A stretch of 64,000 bases of DNA from assembly GCA_904063045.1 (NCBI GenBank), contig CAJFCJ010000010.1, positions 682,001 through 746,000 on the forward strand, written 5' to 3'. Positions 51,620 through 61,749 of the stretch are shown one piece after another. The position numbers were made by a program, and so were the translations under genes. This stretch comes from Dimorphilus gyrociliatus (lineage: Eukaryota > Animalia > Annelida). The notes beneath the pieces are model-generated. The model saw nothing but the letters and a program-made list of their open reading frames with translations, was not told where the DNA came from and made no database searches. The stretch's first letter is position 1. Each line of letters opens with the position of its first letter.

Positions 51620-53336
51620 TTCCTTTATTTTGCCAATGTCCACTCCCTATTCCCTAAGAAGTATTTGAGGCACGATTTTTACCCTTATTTTCTATAAATC
51701 TCTTTGTTAGGAGTCAGGAACTATGCAGCAGTATTAGAGCATATAAAACGTACCGATTGATTTTTACGTACAATTCGATCCATATACGTTATATGTACCA
51801 TTCGTACAAACATAAACGAACATACGAATACTGCGTACATGTAAGTAAGTGTATATACTGTAAATGTGTGGGGGGGAGGGAGGTAAATGCTAGTAGTCGC
51901 TGCGTACATATCTATATATAAAAATATATATTTATACATATATTAGACGTGTGCAGTGTATATGCTTCTATCAAACTCGCGTTTTTACGGGGTTAGTAGA
52001 ACTCTTCTTTTTTTCTTCGGAAAATCGATATTCTCATCACTTGAAAGGACGAACTATAAATAGAAAAAACACCACCTTATCAGCCGCCTAAATATCCGAA
52101 ACGCTTTCATTATGTCTTCTTTCCCCATCCATATCTTTCGGCTTTCTAAGGACTAAAATGTCACTTTCTCTTCGAGATAAGATAAGCTCAAACGTAAACA
52201 TAAATCATATTTGCCTACTGATTTATTATTATCATTCGTATGAAAAAATTGACAGGAATACCCTAAGTGCAGTGTAATAAATAGAGAAATTATAAGACAG
52301 TTTTAAATAATATAAATATTGGTTTATTGCGATTAAAGTAGTTATAAAATTACATGAAATTGATCATAAAATGAGGAAAGATAAACTGCCATGAGAAAAT
52401 TTAAAGAATTTTGAGTTGTTAAAAGTTTATTTAATTTCTTCTTTCAACAAGAAACTGCTTGAAAATATCCAGATTTTAAAAATACTCAAGAAGATGAAAG
52501 ACACCCGTACGAATGCATCTGGACTGAAAATTGGTGGTTATAGAACGACAATTATCCGATAATCTAATAAAAAAACCAGAATTGTCGCGTCTTCTAGTTA
52601 TTAAATTATCATTTTCATTCCCTACTTGGATAGAATGGAGAGAATTTACTACGAATCGACCATAGACAAATATAAAATGCAATATTCTTGTATACATTGA
52701 TTATTTTTTTTGGATAAAAGAGATTACTTAAAACTAGTTAAGGAGAAGGGGAAGATAGACAGAATGGAGTAAAATAAGGGGGAAAAAATTTTGCTCTTTT
52801 TCTCTCTCCCTCTGTCTGGTTTATTAATAAAAAAAAAGCGTGTAGGTGCCTGGAAGTGACGTTTCAAGAGAGGAATTTATCATAATACTAACAAATCGAT
52901 TTGGACTAACACAAACTGATGATATAAAGCAATTTGATGACATGATGAAAATTATTTTGTGATAAATGCTAGGCTATCAACATCCAATTTAAAAATATGT
53001 TCTACAAACTTCTTATGAATATATAAAAATGGATTATTTATTAACATAGCAACGCATTTCAGTGAGCTGTTGTTAGAAAAATTTCGTGGAAGAAGACAGA
53101 TGTTAATTCTTATATACTGGGAAAAAATTCCTCTTTTAATTACGGATCATTACTTGACTAGTCTACATCTAAAAGCTCTTATTTCTCTTGCATAAAAAAA
53201 AGCAGCATAAAGATAGATAAATAGGCAATATATAGCTTGCAGAAAAGTATGGTGTGGAAAACGGATAGCGTTTAATATTTGATCGTAAGGAATAGACTTG
53301 GAATCGAATATCTCGTAGCGAAAGTTGGTTGACTAA

Positions 53337-53416
53337 AACGGCCAATTTATAGATATTCGGTTAGTGGTAGACTCTTTTGAAGTTAATGATGCATGCCTTC
53401 AACGGCCAATTTTATA
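53337..53416 (+). repeat. 16-bp exact direct repeat containing CCAAT
   Basis: AACGGCCAATTTATAG at 53337-53352 and 53401-53416. Confidence 0.8.
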
Positions 53417-54664
53417 GGATACATTTTTAGACCAAGATTTTAGAAGAAAAGGAGATAAGTTTGAGAGGTTGGTAAGATGTAGGGGGTAGTTTCTTAATAA
53501 TATTTTCCTACAATAGAACTTCATACAGAATGAAAGGATGCTAATAATAGAGAAATAAGCTTCTTCTAAAACTGTTAAACAGCTGGTAACAATGTAGCAG
53601 TGTTTTCTATAGGTCCTAAAACTTAATAAGTAAGCTCTTTAGTATCGCATCGAGATATCTGATAGATCTTTTTTTAACGCAATTTCCATATGTATGTCTC
53701 TTGCTCCTATAAGCAATTATTCTTGTTCATTTTGTTTAAGTATGCTGAGAAACTCCAAAACGATTCGCATCAAGTGTCTTCTTTCGCTGTAATTCAATTA
53801 TCTACGGTCCTAAAACATTTAGACAAATCGAAAGACGCTTTCAGCCTTATTCAAAGTTGACTATTAGTCTATTCGGAGCACGATTAATTCGTTATTTCAA
53901 ACAGTACTGTTATAAATTCATATAAAGTAAGTTCTGTTCTTTATTACTCTCCTGGGTGGAAACCATTGCGTCATTTCTTATTTGATATCCGTAGAAAGGA
54001 TTTTTTACCATCCGTTTGCATGTTTGATGCCATATGCCAACTTAATTAGGTTCTCTTGCGTAATATTTCCAAAGAAAGAGCTTAACTAACCCGGGCTTTA
54101 AAAAAACGGATCGATAATATTGGAATTTTCTCTACGTTTGTAATAACCCAAATGGGAATTTCCCAAAGGAGACGCACTGACGCTTCTTATTATTAGAGTA
54201 GTAGCGAAAAAACTATTCGGTTTGCATCACCGTTCTGAGTAAATGCATTAAAAACGTTACCAAATTTTTTTAGACGTTAGACGCCTGCATGATTGAATAC
54301 TAACTCAAGCATAGATTTTTAATGAGATTTATAGGAATAGTGGACAAGAATCAGGAAAAAAAATAAATAATAAAAGTACAATAGAAATCAGTAAAACAAA
54401 CAATATATATATATAACAAAGAGAGGTTTTTTTTGTGTGCGGCTATTGATAGGAGAATCTCTAAAGGCCCGAAAGTCAGCTTATGCACATTTATTACGGT
54501 TCTATTTCTAGTTTTTGCATGCTTAATGAGGCTTTGCTGAGGAAAAGAATATTCTTTTTGTGTATATTACTCTCAGAACCTTCTACTCGTTATTTTTGTT
54601 AAATTAATAGGTTAAATATTTTAATTAGAGTAGAAAATTACATTTAATTTGTAGTTAATAATGA

Positions 54665-55759
54665 ATGATATTTCTACCAAATAGCATTCAACCATGGAAT
54701 TGGCCCGATTCGGCTTCAGACCATCTGGGTTCTATACTTCGTATAGTTTTGGCTTCGGCTGCTTGCGTCGTCTGCGTTCTGATTCTAGTAGCAGTAAATG
54801 GATCAAAGAAACATCGTTGTACCAGTCTGGGGGTAATTGTTAGCAGCATGTGTGTCTCAATTATAGCTCGAGGTTCCATATTGGAATTTATTAACACATT
54901 TAAAGGTTTCCGTAGCTGTGACGACTTTGACCGAGAACAATGCCCTCAGAGAAGTAACATTATAAACCTAATTCTTACTCTTCAGGGCGCTCCAAAGCAA
55001 AAGTGTTCATTTGGTCACTTCTGCTATAAATTTGAATATAAAGTCGAATGCCCTCTTTGGATAGCCATATCGGAAGCCGTTGACATGACACTCCCTTTCG
55101 CCCTGTTAGCTGCATCTTTTGAGAGGCTAAGGGTTGGATGTGGTGGTAGAACAGGCTATTGCGCATCTATATGTTTTGTGCTGTTTTGCTGGCTATGGCC
55201 GTTTCTTTCGGCTGCTGGTATATTCTACTTGCCAGAAGTGGTCAATGTCTTGCCCAAGTTGGTCGAGAGTACATGGAGAAAAAGTGGATTTACTGACTGT
55301 AGAGTAGTCTACAGTTGGATCTATTGGATAATAACGGGTGGAATTAGATTATTGCCGCCTCTAATCTGTTTCTTAGCCGGTTCTATCGTACTTTGTACAA
55401 AAAGGGCTAAGCTCAAGTGTACTCTACTAGTTACCGCTCTCCTCAATCTATTTTACATCATCTTCATAGCTCCCCATTACGTTGTAACACTAATATTTCA
55501 TAAGGAAACCGTTTTGGTGGCAGCGGTCCTGACGAGAGTTTTCAACCTACTCGCTCCTCTGATGTTCTTCTTGTACGATGACGTTAGAGAAGCGACTCGT
55601 CTAACACTATGCGGAGCATCGGATATCGAAGACGGTAGTGAAGAGGATAGAACGCCTATGAAACAAGATATGGATGAAATGGAAATTCCTGTTCCAACAG
55701 CTCCAAAATATGACGAAAATGTTCCGCTCAAGGCTTCTCCCGATGATTATTCTATTTAA
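54665..55759 (+). CDS. Divergent class A (rhodopsin-like) GPCR, intronless CDS, 364 aa
   Basis: Seven hydrophobic segments. The Cys at the top of TM3 lies exactly 25 residues before the Arg of ERL (DRY equivalent). W4.50 (FCWLWP), ECL2 Cys (TDCRV), P5.50 (LLPPL), TM6 Pro (FIAP) and TM7 Pro (NLLAPLMF) are present. An in-frame TGA lies immediately before the ATG, and an acceptor-like tttgtag lies at 54654. Confidence 0.85.
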   Translation: MIFLPNSIQPWNWPDSASDHLGSILRIVLASAACVVCVLILVAVNGSKKHRCTSLGVIVSSMCVSIIARGSILEFINTFKGFRSCDDFDREQCPQRSNIINLILTLQGAPKQKCSFGHFCYKFEYKVECPLWIAISEAVDMTLPFALLAASFERLRVGCGGRTGYCASICFVLFCWLWPFLSAAGIFYLPEVVNVLPKLVESTWRKSGFTDCRVVYSWIYWIITGGIRLLPPLICFLAGSIVLCTKRAKLKCTLLVTALLNLFYIIFIAPHYVVTLIFHKETVLVAAVLTRVFNLLAPLMFFLYDDVREATRLTLCGASDIEDGSEEDRTPMKQDMDEMEIPVPTAPKYDENVPLKASPDDYSI

Positions 55760-57555
55760 GTTGCTTAAAATATTTCATTAATCTTTTCTTTTTTACTTTT
55801 TTGAAACGAGGCCGTCACCGGATTTTTTTTTTAATTCCCCTTAAAAGAAAAAAAGAAATCAAAATTATCTCAGTTCTGAAAGAATTCAACTAATATACAT
55901 ACAAAAACTTTTTACTTTATGCTCATTCATATATGTATATAAGCTATATCTAGATAGTTTATGCATATATATTTTTATATATGTATATGTATATATTTAG
56001 CATTTGTGTATATATATATACCTATACATATATGTAAGTATATAGACACTTTACATCCGTATGTGTAATACCTACATACATATACGATTGTATTATTTTA
56101 TTTATTCTTGATCTTGTAAAATTCAGGTATTAATCGTGAAGCTTTGCTCGGGTTGTTGCTAGGGCCTTGTAATTTATTTCTCCCTGAGATTGTTCTTTAC
56201 CTTGATACTAAGCTAAATTAAACTTTGTGAAAGTTTAGATGGTCAGTTTTTTTTCTTTTTTTAAATTTATTAATATGCAATATGTAAATGGGAAAAAAAT
56301 GGAATATGAATATTCATGAATATATATATATCTATATATAGATATATATGTATATGTATTGCATATTCACTTGTTCATACTCATTTATTTATATATGTAT
56401 ATGTATACATAAGAGAATGAGAGATAGAGAGGAGCGTATGAGGAAAAAGAATATGCATACTTTTTTTTTATTCTCTTTTTGATATGAAAATTCTTAAACA
56501 AATATGATAGAAAATACGAGTATTAAGGATGAAATTTCTTCAGAATGGCATAAAAAAGCAAGACAACTATTTAAAAAAATAGAAAAGAAAGAAAAGAAAA
56601 AAAAATTTTGGGCGAAGACAAACAAAGCATTCAACTTAATTTAGCTCTACTTCTTTCTTTTTATTAATTTAATTCCCTTCCTGGAATTAATTTCTCTCTT
56701 TTTCTCCTTTATTATATATTTAGACACGGAGAGAGAGAGAGAAGAAAAAATCGAATATTTTTTACCCTTTTCTTTCCTATTGAAAAGAGTATATGTCAAT
56801 TTCTTTCTTCTACTTTAAGAATGAGTTTTTGTATATAGCTTTTCCTGAAATAATACTAAAATACTTTTTTCATAGCTTATTTTTTTTGATAAGAAAGATA
56901 ATAGGAAAGAGGAGAAGGAACAAAGGAATTTGGAATATTTTTCTATCTTATTTACTGTTTTTCCATTGTATATTTTTATGCATCTGTCGTTATTTCAGTT
57001 ATTTATTTATGAAAGTAATTTTGTAAAAACAAATGAGAAAGGAAAGGAATTGAAGGATTTTATAGAAAACCTTCTATTTTTTCATTTTGATTGACTTTTT
57101 TTCTCTTTATATGTATGTATTTTCCATTGGGAATGTAGAATAATAAGAAATTCGATTTGAATCCAGACATATGAAATATTTTTTCTCTAGATCTTGTCAA
57201 TCAATATCTTTCTTTTTAGAAAGTTATTACTGAAAGAACAAAGGATATAGGAAACAAACTTCCATATAGAAGTTTCAACGATTGTGCATGTGAAACTATG
57301 TATATGTATGAAAAAAAAAAGATTCTACAATGTAGCGTTGAAAGAAAAACTTAAAGAGTTAAAGAAACATCAAAAGTATTGATACCTTAAAAAAGAGGAG
57401 AAAAAATAAGTGTCTACATTCCGAACAGCCATGCAAAAATTCCTTTTTATGTAAATATTTTCGCTTAGCAACCGCCCTAGATAAAAATCAAGCCTTGAAT
57501 CCGGTGACAGTCGAAATTTAAATACAAATGTCGAAGAATTTTTATTCATAGTCTT

Positions 57556-57610
57556 TATATATGTATATATATATATATATACTGTATATATATATATCTA
57601 TATATATATG
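57556..57610. repeat. Interrupted (TA)n microsatellite containing TACTGTA
   Basis: TA run interrupted by ctg at 57582-57584. Confidence 0.9.
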
Positions 57611-58090
57611 TAATATTGCTTTTATATACACTAAGGAAAGATAACTATGCTTTTTATTTTCTTTTGGAATATTAATATTTCCTTTTTGGCATATTCACCT
57701 CGCTAAAAGAAATCTACTATGAAATATGTTGATAATGATATGAATGTTACAAAAATTATTAAGCAAGCAAAACAGAAAAATTTGGAAATTGAACAAAAAC
57801 AAAAAAAAAATTGAATTTTTTGTTTTTCTTTTTTATTTAAAAAACAAAAACAAACAAACAAACAAATAAAAAGTATACATATATAATATACATTTTTTTT
57901 ATTTATTATAAGCTATGTCTGTAGCTGCTTTGAATGTTGTTGTAATTTGTAATTATGAATAACAAAGGAAGGTTATTAAAAGAAAAAAAAAGTTGAAAAT
58001 GTTAGAACAGTATAATCTTTTTTCTCTCGTTTTCTTTAAAAAGAAAATCAACATATATGTCAAATGGTAGTGACAGAAATAACATGTACA

Positions 58091-58094
<4 letters not shown>

Positions 58095-58132
<38 letters not shown>
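58095..58132. repeat. (TA)n microsatellite preceded by TACAGTA
   Basis: Uninterrupted TA run; tacagta at 58087-58093. Confidence 0.95.
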
Positions 58133-58135
<3 letters not shown>

Positions 58136-61100
58136 GGGACATGTTTTTACTTCTACCGGTTCAGAATAGAATTCGTCAGACTTTATTATTATTTTTTCAT
58201 CTTTTTACAATCTCCAATATAGAGTATTCATTAGTATATATATATCTTCTCTTCAGTATATTTATGCTAAAAGTTTACTCTTTTTGATTGATATGTTACA
58301 GAAATTTTTTTGACCATTTGGCATTGAAAAAAGTAAACGCAAAAATGTAATCAATTTTTACTTTAGGACGCCTAGCTAACTATATTATCTCGTTGCTAAT
58401 GGACCCATTTATAAACCGTCTCAAACCCTATCCATTATTTATTCAGGGCTTAAAAAACACACTATGTAAATAATTTTAGCTTATTTCATCTACAAAAGAA
58501 ACAGTCACGAAAAGCAAACTCGTTTAGTTCCTATACAACGCAACTGCAAAGTCTGCAATCGGGTAAAATTGTACATCGCGTATGACCCATACGTGACCCC
58601 TAACAATCGATAGATCATAGCCAAAGGTTGCTGTATACGGTCAGCACCGGGATTTTCCCTAATGCATCATCAGATTTTTGGAAAATAGATAGTATATTAT
58701 CTAAAGAAAATATATATGTATATCTGAATTGACGATATGGAGTCACGTTTTCCTCTTTTCTCCTTATTAGAACTTTGTATACTGCAAGCTCCATCGATTT
58801 TTTTCATTCTCTCTACTTTATATGCACTTTGTCGCTTTTCTTGTCTCTAAAATGAAAGTTCTAAATAAAAAAGTCTTAACAAAGAAAGGATACGAATCGT
58901 CTAATCTTGTACTGTTAATGCTTAAATTAGAGGTGAAAATACCCAGACTATTGAAATAATTAGGGCAAGATTAAGTGCTAGCGTTCCTGGAATGTATAAA
59001 ATATTTAGGGCAGATGGCCCTAGCTGTGTCATCATTAGAGTAAAAATCCACTATTCTAATGTTTCCCGTATAAATTAGAAAAGACTCTGCTGCCATCTGT
59101 CGGAAGAGCTACGATATCTTAAGGTGTATAAAGACTGAGTAGTATAAGAAAGTTAAGATACCGTATCAAATACTTATGGCTACCATTTATCGTTTATTTG
59201 ACATAATTGTTTTATGAACTATTCTTACAGCATTACGTATGATATAATTAGTATAGACATATCTAAATATAGATTGTATCATCTTAAATAAAATACTAAA
59301 GAGGAGACAACTCTATTCTATTTCCCTACCGTGTTCTTCTAAAATTTCAAACAGGAGAAAGAAGCCACGACAGTGAAAAGCTGCAAAACATATCGTCTTA
59401 CAGTAAGAGCATATATAACACTTTGCTGCCAGTGAATAAAGAAAATATCACCTTTTCTTTCCTTCCTTCCCCCTTTCACCTTTACAAAAGAGATCTTAAG
59501 TAAATTATACTGTATTGGAATCTCTGTATGTTGATTCTTATTTCTTTTGTGAGATCAATTCAATTAAATTATGGAAAATAAAGATAAACTGGTTGACAAT
59601 AAACCTTTTATAGAAAAGACCTGAGTTCTGCTTCCATTCGTATATTCTTTCTGTTTAGCTCGTATTGATTATAAATTTGAATGATTTCCTCCTCTCTTTT
59701 TATACGTCTTGATGAAATTGATTGTATCCTATTGTTATTCCACTCAGATTCATCTCTCTGTCTCAGAAGTGTCTGTATTACTAAAAAATATTATCATAAG
59801 CGTTTTTTCCTTGTCTCCTACAAAACAGACAAAGGCGCAGAAAAACAATATGAAAAATACGTATACTTTACAAAAAGATGTAGTAATTATTTACACAAAT
59901 TACTTTATTTTCATTGATTTCCTAACTAAACGAACATGGAAACAAAAACAAAAGGGAATAAGGAATTAAAGGTAAAAGAAGAGAAGTCTACTTCCAAGGT
60001 TTAGCTAAAATCTAAAATAAAATTAGATATATGGTCGCTTTATATATAAATATGAAAGATTTTGCTGTTGGAAAGAAGCACCTGATTCGTTGAGTTATAA
60101 CTTTTTAATAAATACTATAGAGAATATACATCCATTATAAGTGAAGAAATTTTCTCTTGCAAACGTCACAAGGGTTTATTAGCGAAATTATAATTCAATT
60201 TACATCTGTCCAAAGAGGATAAATTTTTTAACTATTTATCCTCACATAGATTACCTAAAATAGCAATATGGATTACTAATTAATACATGTATACAGTATA
60301 TATACAATAACAATACCAGGATATTCTAATGAAAAGTACCAAATGCTTTTCCTTTGACAAAAGAATCAAATTTATTCAGTTTCTTAATTCAGTCATGTGA
60401 ATTTTATTCGCTTCCCTAACTTTTACCGGATTCATTAACGGTCGATTAGTCAGCTTCTCTTACCATTAAATAATAAGATAAAGCAGATAAACAGCGTTTT
60501 ATTCTGTTCTCTATTTTAGTTATTAAAGAGGGACATAGAAAATTATTTAAAGATAATCAAGGATCCTAATTTTTAAGACAAAATAATTATACAATATTCA
60601 ATCATTGATATGATAATTTGCGCATAACCGTATATCTTGACACTGATAAGTTACAAGAACATCATCGATAATTAATATTCCTGGATATATTAAAGAAAAT
60701 TACTTTGAACTTGTAAGAATGAATAAAGCGTTTACATTATGAGAATTTATAGTAATTAAAAAAATACGCTTGACATCAATTAACTAATAATATACAATAC
60801 AATAACATAATACAGTATTATATTATCACAATCAATAATAATTTATAGGATGAATAACAATTAGAAGCTTTTCGAATATCTCTATACGTAATTAATTAAC
60901 TTTGGAACAAAAGCTAAAAATATAATGCGTACTCTATGAATCATGTAAATACTGATCAATATCAATGTCACTAAAAAGTAGGTTGAAAAGGAATTCTAAC
61001 GAAATATTCACTAAACTTAAAGATATGTTATTTTAAAAAAATTTTCGTACTTTAATTAATTAAACCTGCAAATAGGCTTTATGAGATAAGAGTCTCATTT

Positions 61101-61749
61101 TAGAAACAGTTTTAAAATTTATTCCTGAAAGTGTTTTTATCTTTTCTTGAAGGCGTGGTCTTTGTTATAATATCATGCAGGAAGTAAATTGTATTTTGAC
61201 TTCCTCTTTACCTCTCTTCTAGTTTATACCTCGTGGGAAATAAAAGAAACCTCATTTTTACCCTCCTTAAAAAACATGCAGTTGGATTTCGTATCGGCTT
61301 ACATTTCGATCAAATGGAAATAAAACATAATAATCTATAAATATATATCACGTAAATATGTATGTATATATGTATATAGTATTCGCATGATGAATGATAA
61401 AAAAGGGTAAGATGAATAGTGACATAATATTACAAATACAAATAATTTATTTGTACAGAATAAGTTATCAAATGAATAGAAAATCAATTTGAAATAAATC
61501 AGTTATTTTAATTTAAAAATGAAACAAGTACATAGTTGTAGATCTTCTAAGACTCAGTCTCTCTTCCCTAAAAGTGAATGGAAAAATATTAATAATAATT
61601 TGAATTATATAATAATATTCTGAACAGTTACGTGAAAGTATGACTTTCTTCTTCTTCCAACACTATCCCCACGCCTTAATCGTTCTTTTTCTGAAACAAA
61701 GAGATTATATTTACTCTTACACGAATATCTATTATAAATAATGATGCTA

